Assembly (NCBI GenBank): GCA_000004985.1
Contig: GG738915.1
From: Naegleria gruberi
Taxonomy: Eukaryota
Direction: 5' to 3' (one strand)
DNA: 64,000 bases
Below the pieces are notes generated by a model. It had not been told where the DNA came from. It did not search any database and was given only the letters and a program-made list of their open reading frames with translations. A program made the translations under genes and the position numbers. Positions 47,346 through 56,679 of the stretch are shown in pieces. Within the stretch, counting starts at the first letter, position 1. Each line of letters begins with the position of its first letter.

Positions 47346-47909
47346 GTGAAGTTATTGAGCAGTACATTAATATTAACGAATAGGTTGGGAAGGTTTAAAG
47401 AAAGTTTATTCAAAAAAATGTTTTTCAATCTAATCGATAGTGATACATCAACCCCCTCTCTGCATCATAATACAACATCAAACAATAATGGATCGGATCA
47501 TGCAAATTCTATCAATTCCTTCATTGACAAAATACAAGATAAATTCGCAACGAATCAATTAGTGAGTGATTTGATCATCTTCCACAATTCCAAACTCTTG
47601 ACCAGCAAGAAGGAACAACAATACTCGATAGAGCCATCACTCTCTGATGCTCTCTTCCGTGATGATGGAGAAATGATGAACAATCATCAAACCTGCATTC
47701 AATTTAATAATACCAAATTTATCATCACTCAGAGACCTTCCTCAAATATGATTATTGCCACAACTGTGCATCAGAGAGAGGCCCTTTTATTGTCTCAGAT
47801 TTATTCAAATTGTTTTTTGGTTTTGAGATTTGAGAGGAGACAAGGTATTATCATGATGAAAACAATTCAGGATGCTATTTGTTATATTGAGAAATGTGTT
47901 GAATTGTAG
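47346..47909 (+). CDS. Hypothetical protein (possible small alpha/beta roadblock- or longin-like fold; unassigned)
   Basis: 187-aa ORF with no recognisable motif. The true start may be a downstream ATG (MFFNLIDSD...). Confidence 0.3.
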   Translation: MKLLSSTLILTNRLGRFKESLFKKMFFNLIDSDTSTPSLHHNTTSNNNGSDHANSINSFIDKIQDKFATNQLVSDLIIFHNSKLLTSKKEQQYSIEPSLSDALFRDDGEMMNNHQTCIQFNNTKFIITQRPSSNMIIATTVHQREALLLSQIYSNCFLVLRFERRQGIIMMKTIQDAICYIEKCVEL

Positions 47910-48119
47910 AGAATTTATTTCAATTCATATCCATTACTAATGAAATAATATTAGAATAGTCAATTAAGGTTTGAAATATATTAGAATCGTGCCACCAATC
48001 CATTTGATTATATGAATGTATTGTGATTATCTTTACCATAGTAATCATTTGCTTCTGAAGAACAAAATTTGACCACAGGTTTTCGATCACAAAATCTACT
48101 TTATAAAAAATCTTTTAAA

Positions 48120-48936
48120 ATGGTGGTATGTAAAATTGCTCTCCGCTTGAGGAGGAACGAGAATCTAATCATGATGTGCTGGTAAAACTACAAATATCAA
48201 ACAATATATATTAAAAATCTTTATGATCACGATTTGTGGAATTAAATTAATAATAATATTGGACCTATGAAAAACAATAATTTGTGAAATAATTATTCTT
48301 CATCAATCATCATCATATGAAAAACTTGTCATCATCAAAATGTGAATAACATCATCAATCGGATATTGAATATAATAGCTTGTTTTAGTTATTGGAGATC
48401 TCCACATTCCACACAGAGCCAACGATCTTCCAGAACAATTTAAAGCCTTGCTTGTTCCTGGTAAAATTCAACACATTCTCTGTACTGGTAACTTGTGTTC
48501 AAAGGAAACTTATGAATATTTGAAAACTATTGCTCCTGATGTTCATGTTGTTAAGGGAGAATTTGATGAAAAATTCAAAGGAATTTCACCACCAAAGGAA
48601 TCTGAAATTATAGAAATTGGACAAGTTAAAATTGGTCTCATTCATGGTCATCAAATCGTTCCATGGAATGATAAGGAATCACTTTCCATGTGGCAAAGAA
48701 AATTGGATGTTCACTTGTTAATTTCTGGACATACTCACGAACACAAAGCTTTTGATTATCAAGGAAAGTTTTACGTAAATCCAGGTAGTGCAACTGGAGC
48801 CTTTTCTCCATTAACAGAAAACGTTGTTCCAACATTTGTCTTGATGGATATTCAAGGAGGAACTATTGTGAATTACATTTACCAATTAGAAGATGGAGAA
48901 GTTAGAGTGAAAAAGAAGGAATTTCGTATTCAATAA
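48120..48936 (+). CDS. VPS29: Vps29 (retromer subunit, metallophosphoesterase fold), 2 exons: 48120-48125 (ATG GTG micro-exon) and 48379-48936
   Basis: The open frame from 48379 reads [49 protein letters not shown] ... [11 protein letters not shown] ... LLISGHTH ... [12 protein letters not shown]. This matches human VPS29 ([50 protein letters not shown] ... GLIHGHQVIPW ... ILISGHTH ... [12 protein letters not shown]). There is no in-frame ATG before 48448. The best model is ATGGTG at 48120 with a GTATGT donor, a 253-nt intron and a TATAATAG acceptor at 48378. Confidence 0.85.
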
Positions 48937-49038
48937 AAAAGTGTAATATTAAATATTTAAATAATCGAATTTAGTGGAATTGTAATTTAGCCAAAACCTA
49001 AAACTAGTCTCATGTTAGTCAAATCGGAAATTATGGGT

Positions 49039-49840
49039 TTATTCCAAAGCAACAACAGCACCCATTTCTTCAAGAGCCTTCTTGAGAGCTTCAGCTTCTT
49101 CCTTTGGAACGTCCTTTTGTATAACAACTGGTGCAGATTCAACCATTTCCTTAGCAGCCTTGAGGGTAAGGTTCTTATCAATCTTTCTAAGTTCCTTGAT
49201 GATTGAGATTTTACCCTTTTCGTCAATCTTTTCAATTTTAACGTTGAATGAAGATTTGACAACTTCTTCCTTCTTTTCTTCCTTAACTTCTTCCTTAACT
49301 TCAGCAGCAGCTGGGGCAGCTTGAGCGGCCATAGCTTGCATCATAGCTGGGTTCATGGCCATCATACCGCCACCACCCATTGGTCCGAAATCCAATCCCA
49401 AACCAACCTTGAGCATAGCTTCAGTTGGGTTAGGTATATCAATATCAATACCAACACTGTTCTATTAAAGTTATTGTTGTTGTTGTTGTTGTGTGTTATC
49501 ATTGTTATTATATTGTTAGAGAAATTTGTGTCATTTAAAGGCGCAAACAATATTCCGTGAAAAATTGCCGATAATTATTAATTAATTATTGATACTCTAT
49601 CATTCGTTTCGGTATGAATCTACTTACTCTCAAATATTGTTGAAGCATTATACTTTCCAAAACATTGAGAGACAAAACATCATCACCAATTTTCTTAACT
49701 TTTTCTGGAAGAACAACTTTACCCTTTGATGGGATTTCAACGAATTCTTCGCATCTACAAGCAGATGTATGATATGATTTAAAAGAAGAAACTCTTGAGA
49801 GTCTAAGTTTGCGGGAAGTGGAGGCAATTCTACTCAACAT
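49039..49840 (-). CDS. Mitochondrial ribosomal protein bL12 (L7/L12), 2 exons: 49840-49628 and 49461-49039
   Basis: Exon 1 reads [24 protein letters not shown]..., a mitochondrial presequence followed by the bL12 N-terminal domain ([26 protein letters not shown], compare human MRPL12 [31 protein letters not shown]). A GTAAGT donor begins a 166-nt intron that contains a (TTG)6 microsatellite at about 49474-49491 and ends at a TTAATAG acceptor. Exon 2 carries an Ala/Met-rich hinge and the C-terminal domain [69 protein letters not shown]. Confidence 0.85.
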
Positions 49841-50246
49841 TTTTTTTTCGAGTTTATTTTTTTACAACTCTTCTTAAAATTACAACACCGAATAGAGCAC
49901 AATTTAGATTGGATTTTAGAAGAATTAATTATATAATATTGTATACTTGTTGTTCTAATAGTAATAGAAGAAGAATTGTGAGAAGTTTGTTGAAGGTTTT
50001 TATGGTTGTTTCATTGGAGTGTGATGAAAAAACCTCACATAAAATGTGAGCAAGAAAAAATCTTCGGGAGATGCAAATTACATCTAGAATAGTAGCCAGA
50101 ATATGATAGAACTTTTCTATTACTACTATGAGCCAATAACAACAAAGTTAACACCAACTAGTTAGACAGCAAACCAAGTAGTCAGAGCAGTGACGAACAT
50201 TACATGTTTGATGACGATGTAATCTAAAAATTATTATTATTAAAAA

Positions 50247-50807
50247 ATGGAAGCATTCATTCATCAGATCAAGGGACTCTTTATTTTGGACAAGGAGGGT
50301 AAACGATTGCTTAGCAAATACTACTCCAACGATCTGAAGAGTAACTTGTCCAAACAATTAAATTTGGAGGAAAGTGTTTCTAGTAAGACGATTAAATCTA
50401 AAATACAACCAACTGGTGATATTGATATCATCATGATTGAAAGTTATAATATTGTTTATCAAAATGTTCAAGATGTATACTTTTTTGTTGTTGGAGCTGG
50501 ATATGAAAATGAATTAGTATTATCGGAAGTGTTATCAGGATTTATTGATGGATTATTAATGTTATTTAGAAATCAATTAAATAAGAGAACATTCCTCGAA
50601 AATTTCGATTTGATCGTCTTATCCTTAGACGAAGTTTTAGAAGATGGTATAATCATAGAAATTGATGCTACAGCTATTGCTCAAAAAGTTGCTGCTGTTG
50701 AATCTGGAACAGACACAGCAGTTGAAGGAGCCGAAACCTTCACACAAGTTTTCAAATCGGCCAGAGACCAATTATCAGAATTGGCTGGATCTTTCTTCCA
50801 ATTCTAA
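50247..50807 (+). CDS. COPZ: Coatomer (COPI) zeta subunit
   Basis: 186-aa ORF. [20 protein letters not shown] matches zeta-COP [47 protein letters not shown] matches [42 protein letters not shown] matches VILESDPQQVVHRVA. Confidence 0.9.
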   Translation: [186 protein letters not shown]

Positions 50808-51300
50808 TTATTTATTTTGTAATAATAACAATCCCTAATACAACAACAAAACTCTTAAATACATTCATAACACACAACATTAAATTTTGATTTAAAATCT
50901 CTTCCAATCATAATCGCCACTTTACTGTAAACAATTACATTTCATTTGAACATTAATACTGTGTGTGGTGAAGAGCTGGTATACCACCTCAACTAAATAG
51001 TTAGCATCAACCACATTGGACCAACTTCATGATTTTGACTGAATGCTCTCGATAAAATTGTTCTTTTCATTGTGGCCAAAGAAGAGCTTGGCACTTTCAA
51101 TCAAAAAAATAGAGCAACAAGAGTTTGAGAAAAACTTTATACAGTTGCAAGCACCCTCACCAACTTAAAGGAAGTCTGTTTAAATTGTTCATCAAGCAAA
51201 TACAAGAAAAACAGCATCAATAACATTTCTAACTGAAGAATATCATCATTATAAATCACTTCCGACAAGACCTTTTCGAATTAATTGGATTTTAAACACA

Positions 51301-52365
51301 ATGAACAACAATAACAAAACAACCAATTCTACAGAAGTTCTCATAGATATTGAAGATACATCAACAACCATAACAGAATCGGATATCAAACATGAACCAC
51401 AACCATCTAAACAATCATCCTTCTTCTCAGCAAACAAGAATACTATTAATTTCCTTGCAGGAGGTATCTCGGGATCCATTGCTGCTGTTGCAACCCAACC
51501 ACTAGATGTGCTTAAAACAAGATTCCAAAGCTCAGCAGGAATTTACAATGAAACTACAGCCCAAAGTCGTTTTTTCCTCACTAAAATTATAGATTCCCTC
51601 AAAGTAACAGCTAGAAATGAAGGTATGCATGGTCTTTTTAGAGGATTAATACCAAATATTGTTGGTATTTTCCCATCTAGAGCTATTTACTTTGCCACAT
51701 ATTCAGCAGCTAAGGATTTTTTCAGCAAATATACCTCCTTATCTACAGAGAGTCCAATAGTTCACATTGCAAGTGCTGCTGCTTGTGGTGTTGTGGTCCC
51801 AGGTACAATGAATCCAATGTTTTTGGTCAAGACTAGAATTCAATTAGATCAACATTCCCGAAATCAAACTCCAGGTAGCAATACTCCTGGCTATAATGGA
51901 TATGCTGATTGTATTAAGAAAATTTATAAGAATGAAGGAATTGGAGGTTTTTATAAGGGTCTCACTGCATCCTTCTTGGGAATATTTGAAACAGCCATTT
52001 ACTTTGTTCTCTATGAGCAAGTTAAGGCCTTTGCACAGAAATCTTCAAATGGAGAGGACAAGAAATTCACACCTCTCACATACATTACACTTAGTGGAAG
52101 TTGCAAACTTATTGCTAGTGCACTGACCTATCCACACGAAGTTGTGAGAACAAGAATGAGAGAAATAGTTAATGGCAAATGTAGATATGATAAGGGTATG
52201 ATTAATGCCTTTAAAACTATCGCTGTAGAAGAAGGAACAAAGGGTCTCTATTCTGGAATGGGTGCTCACTTGGTTAGAGTTGTTCCAACAACTGCTATCA
52301 TGTTCTTATCATTTGAATTTATTGTTCACTTTATGGAAAAACATTATGGTGAAGCCAAACAATAA
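51301..52365 (+). CDS. Mitochondrial carrier family protein (SLC25; three Px[DE]xx[KR] repeats; Rim2/pyrimidine-nucleotide-carrier-like)
   Basis: 354-aa ORF with three carrier repeats: GGISGSIAAVATQPLDVLKTRFQ, AAACGVVVPGTMNPMFLVKTRIQ and GSCKLIASALTYPHEVVRTRMRE. The YPHEVVRTR motif resembles the SLC25A33/36 (Rim2) subgroup. Confidence 0.8.
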   Translation: MNNNNKTTNSTEVLIDIEDTSTTITESDIKHEPQPSKQSSFFSANKNTINFLAGGISGSIAAVATQPLDVLKTRFQSSAGIYNETTAQSRFFLTKIIDSLKVTARNEGMHGLFRGLIPNIVGIFPSRAIYFATYSAAKDFFSKYTSLSTESPIVHIASAAACGVVVPGTMNPMFLVKTRIQLDQHSRNQTPGSNTPGYNGYADCIKKIYKNEGIGGFYKGLTASFLGIFETAIYFVLYEQVKAFAQKSSNGEDKKFTPLTYITLSGSCKLIASALTYPHEVVRTRMREIVNGKCRYDKGMINAFKTIAVEEGTKGLYSGMGAHLVRVVPTTAIMFLSFEFIVHFMEKHYGEAKQ

Positions 52366-52754
52366 TTTTCAAAGAATATTTGCTTAATAAGCCACAATTT
52401 TGAATAATATAACGAGAGAGGAATAGGTAAAGAAGATTGGCCCTATTTTAAGGTCATTGCTTTTTGATGATTGAGTGAACTCAACCATAAAAATCAACAA
52501 CCATTTCATATTTTTTTATTCGTTATTTACCTGTTGGTGACTGACTTGAAATGTTGACAAACTTACATGGTTTCAAACTCTTGGTTTCATAATTTGAAAG
52601 AATGATTTTTGAAATAAAGCATTTTGGACTTGAAGATCAGTCTTTAACACGTACTACTACCCAATGAATTCCTCTTCAATGACATTCTCCTTGGAAATTG
52701 GAACTACCTTCCTTACAAGAAACTATTTAAATATGAACAAGGACCAAACAATTC

Positions 52755-53825
52755 TTGCATTTTCAAAACAAAAAAATAATGTCATTCAATATCACTAGTT
52801 TAGCTAAAGGTAAATGGATCAGAGCCAATCACTTGGAGGAGCCTGGTTATGATCAAGAATTGGTTGATTGGAGTGAAAAACTTGTCGACTTGGTTATTGT
52901 AATGGACAATACTTCATCAATGAGTGGCGAGATCAAAATTGCCAAAGATACAGTTCAATCGATCATTACAACATTGCACGACCACTTTCAATCAGATTTG
53001 AGATTTTCAGCAGTTAGTTACAGAGACCACACCGATGACTATGTTGTGAAGGAATATCCATTCACAAAGAATGTTGAAAAAGCAAAAGGTTATGTCAATG
53101 AAATGTTTGCTAAAGGGGGAGGAGACATGCCTGAGGCCTTGGCTTCGGCATTAAAGGTCGTCAATGAAATTCCATTCAATAAGAAGGGTAGAAAGATATG
53201 TATTTGGATTGCAGACGCTCCACCTCATGGAATGGGAGCAAGTGGAGATTACTTCCCAGATGGATGTAAGGATGAACAGGGAGAAATCATTGATTGGATC
53301 AAATTGGCTTCTCATTTGCAGGAAAAGAATGTCGTATTCTATTCCATTATTTGTGGAAGATCAAAGAATGATCAACAATTATCCTTATTCATGGATTATT
53401 TGGCTACCAAGACAGATGGAAAATGCATGTTATTAACTGAGGCCAATAAGATTCCAAATCTGATTATCAATGGATGTATTGAAGATGAACAAATGGATCG
53501 TCTTGTTGAGGAGAGGATTAAAGAGCTTGGAAAGGAGAATGCCAAGGCAATGAAAGAAGAAGAGTTGATTGCTCACGTTCATAAATTAACATTGGAAGCC
53601 AAGGTTCCACAAGTCCACAATTACAAAGTCTCCTCAAGCAGGACTGGAGCCCTACTGGCATGCTCATCAATGTCTTCAGTTGATAGAAATTGGTACTCAA
53701 CAGCTACCAATGCATTCCAAGCTGAAGGAGCATCTGACAACCCGTTCTCTGTTGGTTCGGTTTCAGTTGCACCTCCAACAACTGATCAATTAAAGAAGGC
53801 ATGTGCAAGAAACCTTAGAAAATAA
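52755..53825 (+). CDS. von Willebrand factor type A (vWA) domain protein
   Basis: 356-aa ORF. A MIDAS-like DLVIVMDNTSSMSGEI motif is followed by an alpha/beta pattern with FSAVSYRDH, GGGDMPEA and IWIADAPPHG, typical of vWA/copine-type domains. The C-terminal 100 aa are unassigned. Confidence 0.6.
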   Translation: MHFQNKKIMSFNITSLAKGKWIRANHLEEPGYDQELVDWSEKLVDLVIVMDNTSSMSGEIKIAKDTVQSIITTLHDHFQSDLRFSAVSYRDHTDDYVVKEYPFTKNVEKAKGYVNEMFAKGGGDMPEALASALKVVNEIPFNKKGRKICIWIADAPPHGMGASGDYFPDGCKDEQGEIIDWIKLASHLQEKNVVFYSIICGRSKNDQQLSLFMDYLATKTDGKCMLLTEANKIPNLIINGCIEDEQMDRLVEERIKELGKENAKAMKEEELIAHVHKLTLEAKVPQVHNYKVSSSRTGALLACSSMSSVDRNWYSTATNAFQAEGASDNPFSVGSVSVAPPTTDQLKKACARNLRK

Positions 53826-53880
53826 ACTCCAGTGTAAATAACAAAATCGATTATTTTTGTGTTGAAAACTAAAATTCATT

Positions 53881-53953
53881 CGCCCACCGTGGGGGTCGAA
53901 CCCACGACCACAAGGTTAAGAGCCTTGCGCTCTACCGACTGAGCTAGACGGGC
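53881..53953 (-). tRNA. tRNA-Lys (anticodon CUU)
   Basis: The reverse complement GCCCGTCTAGCTCAGTCGGTAGAGCGCAAGGCTCTTAACCTTGTGGTCGTGGGTTCGACCCCCACGGTGGGCG is a cloverleaf with anticodon loop CTCTTAA. It lies 55 nt downstream of the vWA gene stop. Confidence 0.85.
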
Positions 53954-54123
53954 TACATTCAAACATTTGTATTCTATTGATATTCTTATAGATGTGTAAA
54001 ACAGTGTGGTTTCATTGTACTTGTGTGATATTTATCATTGCCTCTTTATGAAAAAACCACCACAAAACAATAAGTAATTGTATGAACAAATTGAATGGAT
54101 AATAAAATATCATTACAAAAAAA

Positions 54124-55572
54124 ATGCAAGACAATCCACCTTCAACAACCACACCGAAAGCGGAACCTGTTGAACAACAACAAGAGGAACAACCGGAGAC
54201 TGTTAGCATTGATGATAAAACAGTCTCAACATCAAATCAACAAGATATAACTAGGGATGAAGCTGCTTCATTGTATGATGATGTGTTATCATCGTCAAAT
54301 AATAATTCGAATGTTGAGAGTAATGTAACTGCAGAAGATGATTCGACAAATAATAATAATAATCAGGACAATGATCAAACAGGATCACTAGAAGGAGAAA
54401 AGGAACAACAAACAACACCTAGTACGAATAACTCTGTTGCGGATAGCAAGAATGAATCTAAAGAAAACACTAAGTCAAACAACACCACCGGCAAATATTA
54501 CAGCAATAATAATAATAACAGAGGCAACTTTAAAGGTGGAAGAGGATTCTATAATAATAACAACAATAGAGGATATTATAATAACAATAACAGAAATAAT
54601 TATAATAACAATAGCAGAGGAGGTTATAACAATAATAATAACAGAAATGGAGGTTATAACAACAATAGAGGAAACTACAATGATTACCAAGGCAATTCAT
54701 ACAACCAAGGCTCAAATGACCTCAAGAGAAATTATCAATCATACAACAATGGCAGTGGCAGTAGCAGTAGCAATAATAATAATAGAGGATATAACAATAA
54801 TAACAACTACAATGGTGAGCAATCGTACAATTATCAATCTTATGATAATAAGAGAAGAAGAGAAGATAACGCACCAGCTGCCACAAGTAGTACTACTGCG
54901 GATAACACTGAAAAACCATTGTCTGAAGTGAGAGGAGTAGCTGCTTTCTTATCAAAGGATTCACAAAATACTAGAAGTGGAGGAGATTTTAGAAACAACA
55001 ATTCAAAACAATATAATAATCAAGGAGGTTATCAAAATAAGCCATACAATAATAATCAAGGAAGTTATCAAAGTAATAACAATAATAGTACCAGCAATCA
55101 AGGATATAACAATAATCGTCCATACAATAATAATAATAATACCAACAACAACAAGACATATAACAACGATTATCAAAAGAACAGTGGCAACCAATTCCAA
55201 GATCGTTCAAACTGGGGAAATAGTGGAAATTCTTCTGATTTCCAACAAAGAAATTACCAATCACAATCATATGGTGGAGGATATAACAATACTAATAACA
55301 ATAATAGATATGAAAATGATTATAGAAAGGATGATGCTGATAGATCTAGAGGATATGATCAGCAGTATGGTGGCTATAAAAATGATTATAGAGTGGATTC
55401 AAATGTTCAAAGACAACAATACAACACACAACAATATCAAAATAATAATAATAATAATAATAATATTGAACCAGCTTTACCAAGTGGATGGAAGCAATAC
55501 TTTGATGATAAAACTGGTAAATATTATTATCATAATGAAAGAACGGACACAACACAATGGGAAAGACCATAA
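54124..55572 (+). CDS. Low-complexity N/Y/G/R-rich (RGG/prion-like) protein with a C-terminal WW domain
   Basis: 482-aa ORF dominated by NNNNRGYYNNNNR, GGYNNN and QGSYQSNNNN tracts. The last about 35 aa (LPSGWKQYFDDKTGKYYYHNERTDTTQWERP) form a canonical WW domain (W...Y..H.T..TQW..P). Alternate-frame ORFs within 54437-55621 are repeat artefacts. An (AAT)8 run lies at about 55441-55465. Confidence 0.6.
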   Translation: MQDNPPSTTTPKAEPVEQQQEEQPETVSIDDKTVSTSNQQDITRDEAASLYDDVLSSSNNNSNVESNVTAEDDSTNNNNNQDNDQTGSLEGEKEQQTTPSTNNSVADSKNESKENTKSNNTTGKYYSNNNNNRGNFKGGRGFYNNNNNRGYYNNNNRNNYNNNSRGGYNNNNNRNGGYNNNRGNYNDYQGNSYNQGSNDLKRNYQSYNNGSGSSSSNNNNRGYNNNNNYNGEQSYNYQSYDNKRRREDNAPAATSSTTADNTEKPLSEVRGVAAFLSKDSQNTRSGGDFRNNNSKQYNNQGGYQNKPYNNNQGSYQSNNNNSTSNQGYNNNRPYNNNNNTNNNKTYNNDYQKNSGNQFQDRSNWGNSGNSSDFQQRNYQSQSYGGGYNNTNNNNRYENDYRKDDADRSRGYDQQYGGYKNDYRVDSNVQRQQYNTQQYQNNNNNNNNIEPALPSGWKQYFDDKTGKYYYHNERTDTTQWERP

Positions 55573-55645
55573 ACTAATTTATTGGAAGAAGAAATTGTTA
55601 AATTATAAATATATTGACTAGTCTGAAAATGTACAATCAAGTGAA

Positions 55646-56551
55646 CTATTTATTGTTTTTACTGAAAACACTTTTCCACTGTGAAAACTGAATTGTGGAG
55701 TTGCCTGTTTTCATAACTGTGTAGGATTTCTTGTTATTAAATGGTTCTTCGTCAAAATCAATACGGTTTGGATGATTAATAATTGGAAATGAGGATGGTT
55801 GTTTGAAAAAGAAACTATCTTCAACCATTGGACTATCAACTACATTGTTATCTTGGAGATGATTCAGTAATACATCATCCAATTTTGTTGCTGGTATGCA
55901 CTGCTCATCCAGGCTGCCAAGTATTCTCTGGAGTTGCTGAGGAGTTTTGGATACAAGAGATAAGGAACCAGATTCAGATTGTAATCTTCTACTCTTACAG
56001 GAGGGTTGAAATCTACGCTTAGTATTCTCCTCATATTGTAATGTGCTTGCCCTCAATAAACCTGTTTGTTTCTTTGATAATCTGTTGTGTGTTTTGCAGA
56101 ATTGATCAAATCTTGAATCAATTTCATGCTCCTTCTCCATTCTCTCAAAATCGAATGGTTGTCTTTGTTCGATCATTGATGTAGGCTTTTGAATTCTGTC
56201 CACTTGCTTTTCATTCAGGTTTACAAATTCACCATCAACACGAGAGGGTTGGTGTACTCGCAACATCATCTTCATTTGATCAATTTCTCTTTGTCTCTGT
56301 TGTGCTCTCTGTTTGAAAGTTTCCCTAGGGGTAGACCTTGATGGAGGAGGCATTTCAACTTGATTAGTTTCCTTTCCGCTTTCCACATTCCTAGCCTTGT
56401 CTTCATTATTCACCTTAGGAGAATTTCTTTCCACCATCCTCTCATCATTATCATAAACAGAGGTAGGCTCCACAATACTCAACTTCTTCTTCCAAAGGCT
56501 AGCCTTTTCTAATTGACTATTCATGTTGCTGTCAGCAGTCTCTTGAGGCAT
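55646..56551 (-). CDS. Hypothetical basic/charged protein
   Basis: 301-aa ORF, rich in R/K/E/Q, with no recognisable domain. Coding is inferred from ORF length and codon composition only. Confidence 0.35.
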   Translation of the reverse strand: MPQETADSNMNSQLEKASLWKKKLSIVEPTSVYDNDERMVERNSPKVNNEDKARNVESGKETNQVEMPPPSRSTPRETFKQRAQQRQREIDQMKMMLRVHQPSRVDGEFVNLNEKQVDRIQKPTSMIEQRQPFDFERMEKEHEIDSRFDQFCKTHNRLSKKQTGLLRASTLQYEENTKRRFQPSCKSRRLQSESGSLSLVSKTPQQLQRILGSLDEQCIPATKLDDVLLNHLQDNNVVDSPMVEDSFFFKQPSSFPIINHPNRIDFDEEPFNNKKSYTVMKTGNSTIQFSQWKSVFSKNNK

Positions 56552-56679
56552 GTTGTTAAGATATTTTTTTTAAGGTATGATTGAGGACTACACAAGAACA
56601 CAACAATGTGTGGCGGGAAATGTCAACAATGCAACAAAACAAAATTCAAAATAATCTATTTTACAAGAAATATAACAAC

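Noticed and set aside
48987-49560. ORFs 48987..49262(-), 49012..49206(+), 49082..49324(+), 49321..49560(+), 49362..49550(-) around the bL12 gene
   Set aside because: They are alternative frames or the antisense of bL12 exon 2 and its (TTG)n-containing intron. The bL12 reading is unambiguous.
54437-55621. Several overlapping ORFs in both strands and frames inside the N-rich WW-domain gene
   Set aside because: They are products of (AAT/AAC/TAT)n codon repeats. The frame with the WW domain and N/Y/G/R composition is the only coherent one.
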